The notes: generated by a model from the sequence alone, not told the origin. Shown: positions 19,057 through 29,788, numbered from the stretch's first letter. The stretch is 32,000 nucleotides of DNA from Methanosphaera stadtmanae DSM 3091 (GCF_000012545.1 NC_007681.1:990001-1022000); one strand, 5' to 3'. A program made the numbers and translations.

Positions 19057-19226
19057 GTTAATAATATTTATTTTTCATAGTTATTTATAATTAAATAGTT
19101 TTTTTATGAATAAAAATAGTAACTTAAGTTAAAAATTCATATAAATAGTATAGGAACGTATATATAAAAAAATAAATAAATTAGTATATAATTTTTAAAA
19201 ATTATATTATATGGGAGGAAAAAAAA

Positions 19227-20027
19227 ATGGATGTGTTAGATTTAATTAAGGAAGCATTTTATTATCCAATAAATGATTATAAAAATTGGCTTATAATTGC
19301 AATATTATTCTTATTAAATACAGTACTTTCATCTTATGTAATTAGTGAAGGTGGTGCTGTAGGTATTATTGGTTCAATAATATCTTTATTAATAACCATA
19401 ATTATTGCAGGAGTAACTGTAGCTGTAATGAGAAATACATTTAACAATTCAAATAATGTTCCAATGATAGATTTACAAATCAACTTCGTTGATGGTATTA
19501 AGTATTCTATTATATCAATAGTATATTCAGTAATACCTGTAATTATTGCTTTAATAATGGGAATATTCACTGGTATTTATTCTACTATTGATAAAATCCT
19601 AACAACAGTGGTTCAATCATCTGTAGCTACTAATGCTACACCTGATGTAATAATTCAAGCAATTCCACAAGATTTATTAGTATCTTTTGGTATGAATATA
19701 TTGATTATAATGTTTGTATTTATTATATTGTCTATAATTGCTGCAATACTATTTGCAATTGCAGAAGCACGTTTTGCAGAAACTGGAAGTATTCTTAGTG
19801 CATTTGATTTAAAAGCTATATTTGATAAAATTAGTAGTATTGGATGGGGAAACTACATAGTATTCTTAATTTCATTAGCCATAGTACTTATTGTACTTGG
19901 AATAGTATCTGGAATTATTGCATATATTCCATATATAGGGGCACTTATTTCTGGATTTGTAATTGATTCATTCTTAGTTTTATTTATAGCCAGAGCAATT
20001 GCATTAATATATCAACAGGGATATTAA
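19227..20027 (+). CDS. Polytopic integral membrane protein (possibly DUF4013-like)
   Basis: 266-aa ORF with GGGAGG Shine-Dalgarno 9 nt upstream. It has at least 5-6 long hydrophobic segments. The N-terminus (LIKEAFYYPINDYKNWLII) resembles archaeal DUF4013 proteins from memory only. Confidence 0.75.
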   Translation: MDVLDLIKEAFYYPINDYKNWLIIAILFLLNTVLSSYVISEGGAVGIIGSIISLLITIIIAGVTVAVMRNTFNNSNNVPMIDLQINFVDGIKYSIISIVYSVIPVIIALIMGIFTGIYSTIDKILTTVVQSSVATNATPDVIIQAIPQDLLVSFGMNILIIMFVFIILSIIAAILFAIAEARFAETGSILSAFDLKAIFDKISSIGWGNYIVFLISLAIVLIVLGIVSGIIAYIPYIGALISGFVIDSFLVLFIARAIALIYQQGY

Positions 20028-20047
20028 ATTACTAGAAAAAAATATAC

Positions 20048-20086
20048 TTTTTTTCTTTTTCACTTTTTTTTTAAAACTGCTTTTTT
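20048..20086 (+). terminator. Cluster of oligo-T tracts downstream of the membrane-protein gene
   Basis: T7 (20048-20054), T5 (20056-20060), T9 (20064-20072) and T6 (20081-20086) lie within 60 nt after the stop. Confidence 0.5.
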
Positions 20087-20549
20087 GTATTTAATTGAAT
20101 ATGATTTTTATTAGGTTATTTTTATTAGAATTAGAAATGTATTATACTTTTGTCATGAAATTCATTAATAGAGAAATTAAATAATTTTAAAATTATCATT
20201 CCCATTATATTAAAACAGTATATGTTAATTTATTACAATTCTATAAGGTGTATATTTAGAATTATAAATAATTCACTATACTCATACAATACTAATTTAC
20301 TCCACACATTAACCTATATTCCAATATTCTTATTTAAAAAAAAATATTAATTTTATAAAAATAATGGTAATACATGTATATCTATAAGTACATATTTCAA
20401 ATTAAAAATATAAGTATTATTTATATTCAAGAATCATTTAAGAATCATATAATATATGATATTTCATTGAAAATAACCTTAGTTAGTTTTAATTTAAACT
20501 AGGAAAAATAATATAGATAATATAGATTTAATTTTATAAAATAATTTTT

Positions 20550-20598
20550 AAAAAAAATAAAAGTTGGAGGTTAAAAAATAAGTAAGTGATAAAAAAAA
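20550..20598 (-). terminator. Oligo-T tracts terminating the ribosomal superoperon after rpl14e
   Basis: On the minus strand, T8 (forward A-run 20591-20598) begins 8 nt after the rpl14e stop. It is followed by T6 (20573-20578) and T8 (20550-20557). Confidence 0.5.
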
Positions 20599-20605
20599 CT
20601 TCAAC

Positions 20606-20827
20606 TTATAAATTTGCTAAAGCTTCTTTAACTGCTTCAATATCATCAGATACTTCAACAGTTTTATCCACTGGTTCTAAGTGTTTGATGTTACATCTTT
20701 TGTTTTTAACTTCGTTTCCTACAATTTCTACAAAGTTTTCATCGATAACATCTACAATAACACATTTTTTCCCAGTTTCTCTTCCTGCGATTTTAACACA
20801 TACTCTTCCTTTTTCTATTGCTGGCAT
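20606..20827 (-). CDS. rpl14e: 50S ribosomal protein L14e (eL14)
   Basis: 73-aa ORF with a KOW-like N-terminus: MPAIEKGRVCVKIAGRETGKKCVIVDVID. Confidence 0.9.
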   Translation of the reverse strand: MPAIEKGRVCVKIAGRETGKKCVIVDVIDENFVEIVGNEVKNKRCNIKHLEPVDKTVEVSDDIEAVKEALANL

Positions 20828-20841
20828 AATTATTCACCTAT

Positions 20842-21363
20842 TTATTTTTTATTTTCAATACATTTCTTTATAATGTTAACTGTTGATTCAATATTAAAGG
20901 TATCAGTATTGATAATTAGATCATAAATATCTAAGTTATCAATATCAATATCATGAATTTCCATATATCTTTTACGTTCACTAGCTGTACGTTCAGCTAT
21001 TTCCTGTTTTACTGTATCAAGGCTTTTGTCTTCTCTGTAACTTATGCGTTCTGCTCTAACATTATCTGGAGCCTTAAGCCATATACGATAATCAGCATTA
21101 ACAAAGAATGCAGAAATTCTTCCTTCAACTATTAAATTTTCAGAATTGTTAGCTATTTCAGCTTGTCTTTTATCTAAAGCTTTATCAATATTATCATTAC
21201 CTTCAGCAAACTCACTAAATTCTAGTAAAGTCATGTTATTTTCAACAGCCATCTGTCTAAAAACATCTCCTGCAGATATAAATGGAATATTTATCTCCTG
21301 AGATAATGTTTTAGCAGTAGTTGAAGTACCAGTACCTGCAAGTCCACCTATAGTAATAATCAT
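20842..21363 (-). CDS. cmk: Cytidylate kinase, archaeal type
   Basis: 173-aa ORF with P-loop [11 protein letters not shown]. It has a 4-nt ATGA overlap with rpl34e and the canonical position between rpl34e and rpl14e. Confidence 0.9.
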   Translation of the reverse strand: MIITIGGLAGTGTSTTAKTLSQEINIPFISAGDVFRQMAVENNMTLLEFSEFAEGNDNIDKALDKRQAEIANNSENLIVEGRISAFFVNADYRIWLKAPDNVRAERISYREDKSLDTVKQEIAERTASERKRYMEIHDIDIDNLDIYDLIINTDTFNIESTVNIIKKCIENKK

Positions 21364-21629
21364 AATGATCTAGCCTCTTTTTTAATAATTTCTTTAGTAC
21401 AGTTTGTACAATACATTCCACCATAAGGTCTGTTTGGTCTTCTTTGATTTTTAGATAATTTTCTAATTTCGTATGGTCTTCCTCTTGGAACTGCATCTAA
21501 TACTTTTCCACATTTAGCACATACATGTTTAGAAGGTTTTTTCTTCTTATAGTGTTCTACTTTTCTTCCACCAGGAACTCTTTTCAAAGTTCTTTTGAAT
21601 GTTCCATTTCTAAATCTTGGTGCAGACAT
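21360..21629 (-). CDS. rpl34e: 50S ribosomal protein L34e (eL34)
   Basis: 89-aa basic ORF with a CxxC...CxxC zinc ribbon (CAKCG...CTNC). Confidence 0.9.
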   Translation of the reverse strand: MSAPRFRNGTFKRTLKRVPGGRKVEHYKKKKPSKHVCAKCGKVLDAVPRGRPYEIRKLSKNQRRPNRPYGGMYCTNCTKEIIKKEARSL

Positions 21630-21709
21630 TGATTTTATCCTCCTTTCTATTATATTTAATTTCTTTCTTTTATTATTTAGTTAATTGATAATAATACATT
21701 ATTATACAA

Positions 21710-22246
21710 TTACATTGTATTTAATCCAAATATTCTTCTGAAGATGAAGCTCATTGTAAATGAAGCTAAAATATACCATCCAAAGAAGTTTATTGTTAAT
21801 GGATTTGCTTGAGTCCAAATTATATTCCATACAGGAATTAATAACAAGTAATATTGTACTGATGCAATATTAATTACCACATGACTTATTGCATAATTAC
21901 CTATCATACCATAATAAATTATTAATATAGGAATTGTTGTAATAATTGTAGGTTTAAGTTGCATAGTCATTAATTCCTTATTTTTAGGTAAAAGTTCTGC
22001 TTGTTTTTTCTGAACCTTTGCCAAAGCCTTTGGATCTCCTGACTTTTGTGCTGCTTGAAATTCCTTCTGTAATGCTTTCATTTCAGCTTGAAGTTCATGC
22101 ATCTTATCAAAGTCTATTAAGAGCTTTTGCAATACTACAATAATAAATGCAATTATAGTTGCAATTATGAATATTGTTAGTATTGGATTTGATGGCGTAG
22201 GATCAAGACTTAATAATGGATTTAGGAGAAAGTCTAAATAACTCAT
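21710..22246 (-). CDS. DUF106/EMC3-TMCO1-like membrane protein (archaeal YidC/Oxa1-like insertase homologue)
   Basis: 178-aa ORF with three hydrophobic segments and a basic coiled loop (MHELQAEMKALQKEFQAAQKSGDPKALAKVQKKQAEL). It holds the conserved position between adk and rpl34e. Confidence 0.75.
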   Translation of the reverse strand: MSYLDFLLNPLLSLDPTPSNPILTIFIIATIIAFIIVVLQKLLIDFDKMHELQAEMKALQKEFQAAQKSGDPKALAKVQKKQAELLPKNKELMTMQLKPTIITTIPILIIYYGMIGNYAISHVVINIASVQYYLLLIPVWNIIWTQANPLTINFFGWYILASFTMSFIFRRIFGLNTM

Positions 22247-22269
22247 CTTTTATCCTCATATTAAAATAT

Positions 22270-22842
22270 TTATGATAAAATTTCAACAATTTCAGCTACT
22301 GCCTTGTCTAATCCATCATCATTGTTTTGAACCATTGCAACAGTACATCCTGTTAGTACTGCATAACTCATAGCTGTTGCTCTGGACATAGCTTGATGTA
22401 AATCTATTTCATCAGCATATTCCATGTCACGTTTACGAGTATCATCTGTCATTCTTCTGTACATGATTTCACTAGGTTCAGCTTCGATTAAAATAAACTG
22501 TGTTGGTTGTAATTCTTCTAAAACCCATTTAGGTAATCCTGGAAGGAAACCTTTTGGTGTTTTAATAGTACAGTGTGTATCAATAATAACATTATCATTC
22601 TGAGCCATGTCATGTATACGTTCTGCTGCTTGTTTTTGAACTTCTTTTTGAATTTCAGGATCAAGTTTACGCATATCATCACGTGATTCAACTAATCCTT
22701 TTTCACTTGCAATATCAAACATTACATTTCCATAGTTAATATTTACATAATCAACTTCTTCTAATACTTTGTTTAATACTGTTGTACTACCAGTACCAGG
22801 AATTCCTGCAAGTACTACTATGTTCATTATTAATCCCTTCAA
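22270..22842 (-). CDS. adkA: Adenylate kinase, archaeal type
   Basis: 190-aa ORF with P-loop GIPGTGSTT. The track start at 22842 is TTG; ATG 22827 (MNIVVLAG) is likelier. Confidence 0.9.
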   Translation of the reverse strand: MKGLIMNIVVLAGIPGTGSTTVLNKVLEEVDYVNINYGNVMFDIASEKGLVESRDDMRKLDPEIQKEVQKQAAERIHDMAQNDNVIIDTHCTIKTPKGFLPGLPKWVLEELQPTQFILIEAEPSEIMYRRMTDDTRKRDMEYADEIDLHQAMSRATAMSYAVLTGCTVAMVQNNDDGLDKAVAEIVEILS

Positions 22843-22936
22843 TTTTATTTTTATATAAAATATTTTTCTTCTATTAAAAGAAAAATTAAATGTAGTAGAA
22901 TAAAAACTTAAGTTCTTATTCTATTACAATATACTT

Positions 22937-24298
22937 CTAATTTTCACCTAAGAATTTTCTCATCATTGGATGCATATCCATGAGTTGTTCTTTAGCTATT
23001 TCCTCATATAATTTATATACTACACCAACAGTTAAAAGTACACCAGTACCTCCACCAAGAGCACCAGTTAAGTCTGCTACAAACGCAAGTAAACCTACAA
23101 ATGCTCCACCTAAAACTGTGATTGTTGGTATGTATTTATCCATAATTCTTTTGAACTGAACTTTACTACTTCTAAATCCAGGTACCTGAACACCCATATT
23201 AGATAATTGTTTTGAAACTTCTTTAGGACCAATTCCACTAATTTCAACCCATAGTAAAGCAAATACTACAGATAATGCTACAAATACTATTCCATAAATT
23301 ATTACTTTTAATGGATCTGTAAATAACACAGATATACTTGAAGGTGTTGTTAAGTAATAAGCTATACCACTTATTGCTTGACCATTTGAAACCTCACCAA
23401 GTATTGGAAAACCTGCTGATTGGAATATACCTGCAAATAATTGTACATTTAAGAATAATGCACTTACAAGTATAACAGGCATGTTACTAGCATATACAAA
23501 TTTTAAAGGATATTTTGATCTAGCTCCTTTTACTCCACCATATGATAATGGAATTTCAACCCTCATACTTTCAGCATAAACTACAACTAAAAATACTATT
23601 ATAGTTGCTATTACTGGTATTAATAAACCAAAGTTTGGTTGACCTGTAATAAGTGAATATATGAAGTTAGGTATATCACCTGCTGGAGCTGTAGATCCAG
23701 CTGCTGGTAGGAAATTAAATGCTCCTACAAGTATTGTCTGGGATACTCCTGCGGCAATGAATAAACCAATACCACTTCCGAATCCCCATTTACTTACAAC
23801 CTCATCCATGTAGATGATTAATATACCACCAAGAACCATTTGTATTATAAGTACTAAGACATAATCATTACTAATTGGAGGTAAAGAACCTGTTACTACA
23901 AGAACTGCACCTTCAAATAAAGTAAATAATATTGCTAATAGTTTCTGTGTTCCTTGGAATGCTGCTTTATCTTCTTGTTTTGATAAGTCTAAATTAATCA
24001 GTTTTCCCCCAACTAACAATTGCATCACAATTGAAGCAGTTACTATTGGACCTATACCCAAAGTAAGTATTGAACCAAAGCTTCCTGCAAGTACTGATCT
24101 TAATTGTGCGAATTGATCTATAGCTGTTGGACTTAGACCAAATAATGATACTTGTGTTAACACGAAGTATAATATTAATATTATTCCTGTCCATTTAATT
24201 TTCTCTTTAAACCCAAGATGCTTATCAGGATTTGCTACTTGTGGCAAAAGGGAATAAAATGGTTTAATACTATCTAGTGATGACATATTTACTCCCAT
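22937..24298 (-). CDS. secY: Preprotein translocase subunit SecY
   Basis: 453-aa polytopic ORF with SecY sequence character. The likely start is ATG 24286 (MSSLDSIKPF), preceded by GGAG. Confidence 0.95.
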   Translation of the reverse strand: MGVNMSSLDSIKPFYSLLPQVANPDKHLGFKEKIKWTGIILILYFVLTQVSLFGLSPTAIDQFAQLRSVLAGSFGSILTLGIGPIVTASIVMQLLVGGKLINLDLSKQEDKAAFQGTQKLLAILFTLFEGAVLVVTGSLPPISNDYVLVLIIQMVLGGILIIYMDEVVSKWGFGSGIGLFIAAGVSQTILVGAFNFLPAAGSTAPAGDIPNFIYSLITGQPNFGLLIPVIATIIVFLVVVYAESMRVEIPLSYGGVKGARSKYPLKFVYASNMPVILVSALFLNVQLFAGIFQSAGFPILGEVSNGQAISGIAYYLTTPSSISVLFTDPLKVIIYGIVFVALSVVFALLWVEISGIGPKEVSKQLSNMGVQVPGFRSSKVQFKRIMDKYIPTITVLGGAFVGLLAFVADLTGALGGGTGVLLTVGVVYKLYEEIAKEQLMDMHPMMRKFLGEN

Positions 24299-24328
24299 GA
24301 ATAGATATAATTTCTAGTTTACTTAAAA

Positions 24329-24766
24329 TTATATAATTTCAGCTATACCGCCAGCATCTTCTATTTTTGAAATAGCACTTTGTGAGAATTTAGGTGCTTT
24401 TATAGTTATTGCAGTAGATAATGAACCTTTACCTAATACTTTATTGTAACCTAATTGTGTTACATCAAGTACTATTTGTCCATCTTCTTTAACAGCGATT
24501 TCATCAGCTAAAAGTTTTTCAATATTGTTATCAATTACAGAAAGATTGATAGGTTTAAATTGTTGGATTGTTTTTTGTGGACGTTTAAATCCATATTTAC
24601 CGAAGTGTTTAGGATCGTTGATTACCATCCAAGTCCAGTGGTGTTTGTTTCCTCCAGCTTGTCCACGTCCTCCACGGTGACCTGCACCTCTTCGTTTTTT
24701 AGTACAACCTCCACCTACAGATCTTGAACCTCTTTGTTTTCTGATTTTTTTAGTTTTTCTTATCAT
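24329..24766 (-). CDS. rpl15: 50S ribosomal protein L15 (uL15)
   Basis: 145-aa ORF with a Gly/Arg-rich N-terminus: GSRSVGGGCTKKRRGAGHRGGRGQAGG. Confidence 0.95.
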   Translation of the reverse strand: MIRKTKKIRKQRGSRSVGGGCTKKRRGAGHRGGRGQAGGNKHHWTWMVINDPKHFGKYGFKRPQKTIQQFKPINLSVIDNNIEKLLADEIAVKEDGQIVLDVTQLGYNKVLGKGSLSTAITIKAPKFSQSAISKIEDAGGIAEII

Positions 24767-24783
24767 TTATGACACCTACAATA

Positions 24784-25242
24784 TTAAATCATTTTTTCAA
24801 GTAATTCATTAATTTCTTCAGATCTGTAACCAAGGGATCCTCCTTCTACAAAAGTTTTCTTTGTATTTTCATATCCTTTTCTAGGAGGATTTAAACGGAA
24901 TAATGGTTTTAAGCCAGAATCTTTTAGGGTTGTTTCTTCATTATAGATAGCAACTGCTAATGCTTCAACTGAATCATAGTCAGTGTTTTCTTTAACATAT
25001 TCATCAGTAACTCTTTTGTTACCTGGAAGTCTTCCTCTTTCAGATACTAATAATTTGAAAGTGTCTTCTGAAACTTCTCCCCATGTTATGTAATCTTTTG
25101 CTTTTTGTAACATTCCTTTGTAACTTGGTGTTTCTGGAATTACTACTGCATGACTGATTCTTGTAAGATTAAGCATGTCAAGTGTATCTGCAATATTTTT
25201 CTTAATTCCAGTTCTTCCTCGAATTCTTATAATAGCATACAT
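24784..25242 (-). CDS. rpl30: 50S ribosomal protein L30 (uL30)
   Basis: 152-aa ORF with MYAIIRIRGRTGI... and the position between rps5 and rpl15. Confidence 0.95.
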   Translation of the reverse strand: MYAIIRIRGRTGIKKNIADTLDMLNLTRISHAVVIPETPSYKGMLQKAKDYITWGEVSEDTFKLLVSERGRLPGNKRVTDEYVKENTDYDSVEALAVAIYNEETTLKDSGLKPLFRLNPPRKGYENTKKTFVEGGSLGYRSEEINELLEKMI

Positions 25243-25258
25243 AATTACACCTCAATGT

Positions 25259-25942
25259 TTAATCGATTACTCCAAGAGCTTTAAGGTCTTTTTCACTTGA
25301 TTTTACACTTGATAATTGTTTAAGTGCATCGAATACTGCGCCTGCAAAGTTAATTGTAGTTTGTGTTTGTCCACTACACATGGACCATACATCTGCTATA
25401 CCTGCTAATGAAAGAATAGTTTTTCCTACATTACCAATTGCAAGACCTACACCTGCTGGTGCTGGAATTAAAGTTGCACTTACTGAACTCATTTTACCTT
25501 CAATTTTGAAAGGTACTGTGTGTCTTCTTCCACATCCACAACCCCAGTCACCACAACCTCTTCGTACTTTAATAAGGTTGTATTTAGCTGCATCAACAGC
25601 TTTTCTTATTGCAGGACCTACTTCTTGAGATTTACCTTGACCAAGTCCCACATATCCATTTCTGTTTCCAACTGCTACTATTACTCTAAAGTTAACTTTT
25701 CTACCAGATTTGTGCATTCTTTGAACAAGGTTAACATCCATAACTTCTTCTTCAAGATCTGGTAATAGTGCGTCAACAATTTCTAATTCCATAATAGGAA
25801 GGCCTTTATCTAATATTTGATCAATATCAGTTATTTCGCCATCTTTAACTTTACGTCCAAGTTCTGTTTTTGGTTCCCAATTCTCAATATTGAACTTGTT
25901 AGTATTGTTCTTGTTGTTTGATCTATTTGATCTTTTGCTCAT
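25259..25942 (-). CDS. rps5: 30S ribosomal protein S5 (uS5)
   Basis: 227-aa ORF with S5 dsRBD and C-terminal domain motifs ([20 protein letters not shown]). It has a 4-nt overlap with rpl18. Confidence 0.95.
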   Translation of the reverse strand: MSKRSNRSNNKNNTNKFNIENWEPKTELGRKVKDGEITDIDQILDKGLPIMELEIVDALLPDLEEEVMDVNLVQRMHKSGRKVNFRVIVAVGNRNGYVGLGQGKSQEVGPAIRKAVDAAKYNLIKVRRGCGDWGCGCGRRHTVPFKIEGKMSSVSATLIPAPAGVGLAIGNVGKTILSLAGIADVWSMCSGQTQTTINFAGAVFDALKQLSSVKSSEKDLKALGVID

Positions 25943-26520
25943 TGTGTTGCCTCATCTATTTTATTTTTAACGCTTTCAAAATGATCTGGTATTTCTTCAG
26001 GAGATAATCCACATCTTATGTAATTAGCGAATTTAGCATTTTTCTCATCATCATCCATACTTTCAGCATATTGTGCTATGTGTTCTCCTCTGATTCTTGA
26101 ATCTTCAGGTAATATGGAATCATTATGTGGTATGTATAAACCAGCATCTAATGCTCCTTTAAGAACTGCATAGATTTTTGTTCCTTTGATGGAAGGTTGA
26201 ACACCTATATCGAGTATAGTTTCATCATATCCTTCATTTAATGCTTTTTTACCAAATAAATAACCGGTAAGATAAGCAGCAGATGTGTTTTTACCATTAC
26301 CTAACCATCCAAACTCTTTTAAGTTTTTGGAAGTAGCAGAAACTAATGTTTCATCACCATTTTCTCCAATTTTAACTAGTTGAGTTATTGTGTGGTTAGA
26401 AGTAATTCTAACAACCATTCTTGTTTTATCAAGATCAACTAATTTATATCTTTTGTTATAATTAGTTTTTCCTTCTCTTCTTCTTTTGAATTGTACTTTA
26501 TATGTTGCTCCTCGTGCCAC
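25939..26520 (-). CDS. rpl18: 50S ribosomal protein L18 (uL18)
   Basis: 193-aa ORF with a GTG start 3 nt after the rpl19e stop and a GGGGGA SD upstream. It has the RRREGKTNY motif. Confidence 0.95.
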   Translation of the reverse strand: MARGATYKVQFKRRREGKTNYNKRYKLVDLDKTRMVVRITSNHTITQLVKIGENGDETLVSATSKNLKEFGWLGNGKNTSAAYLTGYLFGKKALNEGYDETILDIGVQPSIKGTKIYAVLKGALDAGLYIPHNDSILPEDSRIRGEHIAQYAESMDDDEKNAKFANYIRCGLSPEEIPDHFESVKNKIDEATQ

Positions 26521-26523
26521 TTT

Positions 26524-26982
26524 CTATTCCCCCGTTTCTTTAAGCATTCCGTGGTCTTTAGCATAAGTTTTCATATATGATTTACTTCTGAATGATCCAC
26601 CTTTTGCCATATTATATAATTTACGGTATGTAGTTTTATCTATTTCATCGTTAGCACGCATGTCTTTAAGAACAACTCTTAAAGAACGGATTGTACTCAT
26701 CCATGCTTGTTTTTTAGGAGTTCTTGCTTTTTTAGCCCCTTTTCTACTACCATGGCCTTTTCTTCTTCCTTTACTTTTTTGTTCAGCGTTCTTTTTGCTT
26801 CTGTAACTGCTTATTCCGTTAACAGGTTTTGCTTTGATAACACCATCATTAATCAAAGCTCTAATACTGTTTCTTGTAATTGCTCTGGATACTTCTTCCA
26901 TATGTTCTGGATCTATCCATACCCTGTTTACCCCTACTTTTAGGATTTTTGCAGCTAATTTTTTCTGTGTAGTAAGATTCAT
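26524..26982 (-). CDS. rpl19e: 50S ribosomal protein L19e (eL19)
   Basis: 152-aa ORF with LTTQKKLAAKILKVGVNRVWIDP and an AGGAGGA SD. Confidence 0.95.
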   Translation of the reverse strand: MNLTTQKKLAAKILKVGVNRVWIDPEHMEEVSRAITRNSIRALINDGVIKAKPVNGISSYRSKKNAEQKSKGRRKGHGSRKGAKKARTPKKQAWMSTIRSLRVVLKDMRANDEIDKTTYRKLYNMAKGGSFRSKSYMKTYAKDHGMLKETGE

Positions 26983-27062
26983 GAAAATCCTCCTAATATA
27001 AATAAATTGATTAAGATTATTACTATAATGTATTCAAAATTGAACCATTACTCTTTTTAATC

Positions 27063-27392
27063 TTAATTTAATATTTTAACTCCGTATTGTTGAGCTTTTG
27101 CTACAATTAACTGTCTTTTTCTTTTTCCAACTGTTGCACTTATCCTTGCTGCATCAGTTTCTGGATTTAAAGCTTTGATTTCTTCAGCATTTTCGACTAG
27201 TATATCTTTGTAACCTGATGGATGTAATCCTCTTGTTGCTTTTGGACTACCATATCCAACTCTAGCCATTGCAGGTTTTCTTGCTTGGTATCGTCGTCTT
27301 TTACTTAGTTTTCCTCTAGGTCTGCGATAACTATCACCAAGTTTTTTATATCTCCAATGTTCTTGTCTTTTGAAGGTTGGTTTTTTAGTCAT
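27063..27392 (-). CDS. rpl32e: 50S ribosomal protein L32e (eL32)
   Basis: 109-aa basic ORF in the canonical position between rpl6 and rpl19e. Confidence 0.9.
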   Translation of the reverse strand: MTKKPTFKRQEHWRYKKLGDSYRRPRGKLSKRRRYQARKPAMARVGYGSPKATRGLHPSGYKDILVENAEEIKALNPETDAARISATVGKRKRQLIVAKAQQYGVKILN

Positions 27393-27417
27393 AGTAACTT
27401 CCTCTTATTAAATTTTT

Positions 27418-27972
27418 TTATTCTAATTCTTCCTGTCTTTTATCCACTAAGTAAATTCCGTCTTGGAAAATACGAGGGTCGCGACCTTTAATTTTGGTTG
27501 CTTGTTCAATATTTGCCATTGTTTGACCAACGTGTTCCTTGTTAATACCAGTAATTGTTACATCTTCACCTTTTACTGATACTTTCACATCATCACCAAT
27601 GATTTTTGCTTTACGTGGACTTCTTTCTCCAAGGAAGTTGTCAATTGTTACAATTTTACCCTGAACTTTCACAGTCATTGGAAAGTGAGCATAAACAATT
27701 TTCATTTTGTAAGTAAAACCGTGATCTACACCATATATCATGTTTGAAATGTGTGATCTTATAGTTCCAACCATAGCCTTATCTTTTTTATTTGGGAATG
27801 CTACTTTAACTGTAACATTTTCTTCATCATTAGAAATGGTAATTTTATTATGGTTGAAGTTCCTCTTAATTTCTCCACCATTTCCTTTTACTGTTACTTC
27901 ACTTCCATTGATTGTTACAGTAACATCTTCAGGAATAGGGATGATCTCTGTTATATCTGCTAATTTAACCAT
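27418..27972 (-). CDS. rpl6: 50S ribosomal protein L6 (uL6)
   Basis: 184-aa ORF showing the two-repeat L6 fold pattern and correct synteny. Confidence 0.95.
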   Translation of the reverse strand: MVKLADITEIIPIPEDVTVTINGSEVTVKGNGGEIKRNFNHNKITISNDEENVTVKVAFPNKKDKAMVGTIRSHISNMIYGVDHGFTYKMKIVYAHFPMTVKVQGKIVTIDNFLGERSPRKAKIIGDDVKVSVKGEDVTITGINKEHVGQTMANIEQATKIKGRDPRIFQDGIYLVDKRQEELE

Positions 27973-27987
27973 GTTTTCACCTTTAAT

Positions 27988-28380
27988 TTAATAAACATAT
28001 ACTAATAATCTTCCACCAATTCCAGCTTCCTTAGCTTCGTGGTGAGTCATTACCCCTTGAGGTGTTGTTACTATTAATATACCAAAGTTTTTTGCTGGTA
28101 AGTATCTTTTCTCATAATCTTCGAACTCTGTATTTTTTACAGCGTGACGTGGTTTGATAACTCCACATTTGTTTATGTTACCAACTAATTCAACATTGAA
28201 TATACCAGCTTTTCCATCATCAACTAATTCGAAATTACCTATATAATTTTCCTTTTGCATTGTGCTTAATACATGACCAATAAGTTTTGATGCTGGTTTA
28301 ATAACACAACTATCATTACCTTGTAACTCATTGTTTCTAATGTTTGTTAATGCATCTGCAAGAGGATCCATAAGAGACAT
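27988..28380 (-). CDS. rps8: 30S ribosomal protein S8 (uS8)
   Basis: 130-aa ORF with [14 protein letters not shown] at the N-terminus. Confidence 0.95.
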   Translation of the reverse strand: MSLMDPLADALTNIRNNELQGNDSCVIKPASKLIGHVLSTMQKENYIGNFELVDDGKAGIFNVELVGNINKCGVIKPRHAVKNTEFEDYEKRYLPAKNFGILIVTTPQGVMTHHEAKEAGIGGRLLVYVY

Positions 28381-28396
28381 TCTATAAACACTCCTT

Positions 28397-28540
28397 TTAA
28401 TTGTATTTTTTAAATCCGATTTTTGGAGCTATTTCTCTAAAGCATTGACGACAAAGATTTAAGCCGTATCTTCTTACAATAGCAGAATGGTCTCCACATC
28501 GACTACATTTTCTTGCTGCTTTCCCGTATTTTCTTGCCAC
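28397..28540 (-). CDS. rps14: 30S ribosomal protein S14 type Z (uS14), zinc-ribbon form
   Basis: Below the ORF-track cutoff. My translation from GTG 28540 (GGTGA SD about 5 nt upstream) gives [47 protein letters not shown] (47 aa). The CxxC...CxxC pattern and the position between rpl5 and rps8 are canonical. Confidence 0.9.
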   Translation of the reverse strand: MARKYGKAARKCSRCGDHSAIVRRYGLNLCRQCFREIAPKIGFKKYN

Positions 28541-28551
28541 ATAATCACCTT

Positions 28552-29058
28552 CTATTCTATAGTAACATTGAAGTTTTCTTTCATATATTCCATTGATTCT
28601 TCTTTTGTAACTCTTTGTGCTTGTGGTAATTTTTTAGGTCTTAATCTTCTTTCTTTGATTCTGTGACCTGGTTTTTGGAATGTAACAGAAACATCCATAC
28701 CAAATATTCCTATATCTGGGTCATATTTTACACCAGGAATATCAATATGTTCTCTTATACCAAAAGAAACATTACCTTCTTTATCAAATTGAGAAGCTTT
28801 TATCCTATTTTCTAATCCAGAAAGTACCATGGATATGATTTTATCAGCTTTTTCTCCTCTTAAAGTTACTTTACATGCAATAGGCTGTTTTTTTCTAATT
28901 CCAAACTCAGGGTTTGTAACTTTTGAATAGGTTCTTACAGGTTTTTGATCTACAAGAGTTTCAATTAATTTTTCTGCTCTTGTTAATTTTTCTCCACCTT
29001 CACCTACACCAATGTTTATAGTTGCTTTTGCAATGAAAGGTTTTTGCATTACGTTCAT
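28552..29058 (-). CDS. rpl5: 50S ribosomal protein L5 (uL5)
   Basis: 168-aa ORF with uL5 sequence character and correct synteny. Confidence 0.95.
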   Translation of the reverse strand: MNVMQKPFIAKATINIGVGEGGEKLTRAEKLIETLVDQKPVRTYSKVTNPEFGIRKKQPIACKVTLRGEKADKIISMVLSGLENRIKASQFDKEGNVSFGIREHIDIPGVKYDPDIGIFGMDVSVTFQKPGHRIKERRLRPKKLPQAQRVTKEESMEYMKENFNVTIE

Positions 29059-29060
29059 GT

Positions 29061-29786
29061 TTAGTTATCTCCTACTAATGATATAACTGGTTTATCTTGA
29101 CCTACAACAAATACATATCTTGCTAAAGTTAAGAATGAACCTTCTTCTGTTTCCATTAACACAGTATTAGATTTTGAAGATTGGGTAATTTTAATTTCAT
29201 CAATTTTACCAACTTCACTAATGTGTTTACCACCAGTAATTAATCCTAAAGCTCCTTCTTCAAATTTAATTGAGTCAGAAATTTTTTGTTCAGGAATATT
29301 TAATAATAAAACATCACCAGTTTTGTAATCATCATCAGCGATTATGTTTCTTCCACCTTCTAAGTTAAGTTGGGTTTTTCCACCTTTAATTGTGGTTTTA
29401 CCTAAAATTTTAACTAATTTAAAGGTTGAATCTTTTTCTTCAATTTCTTTGAGTACTAATCTTCCTTTGTAATCTTGTAATACTCTGAATGTTTTGTTGA
29501 TTTTTGGTATTGATATAACATCCATGAAACCTACAGGGAATCTGTGGTTTTTTCTTGGTATACCATCAACAAGTACATCACTATTATTTAGAATTATTTT
29601 TGCTTCACGAGAATTAGCTGCTAATCCTAAAATATCTCTTAATACCATTACAAGAGGTATTGATTCTTCTAAAGCATGTGGTCCAGCACTTGTTTTTGTA
29701 GTCCAAACTTCTTCTTTTTTGTGAATAGGCCACATTTTAGGTGCTTTGAACCTTTTTAAGTGTTTTCTTGATCCCATATTTGCCAT
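29061..29786 (-). CDS. rps4e: 30S ribosomal protein S4e (eS4)
   Basis: 241-aa ORF with [17 protein letters not shown] at the N-terminus. Confidence 0.95.
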   Translation of the reverse strand: MANMGSRKHLKRFKAPKMWPIHKKEEVWTTKTSAGPHALEESIPLVMVLRDILGLAANSREAKIILNNSDVLVDGIPRKNHRFPVGFMDVISIPKINKTFRVLQDYKGRLVLKEIEEKDSTFKLVKILGKTTIKGGKTQLNLEGGRNIIADDDYKTGDVLLLNIPEQKISDSIKFEEGALGLITGGKHISEVGKIDEIKITQSSKSNTVLMETEEGSFLTLARYVFVVGQDKPVISLVGDN

Positions 29787-29788
29787 AC

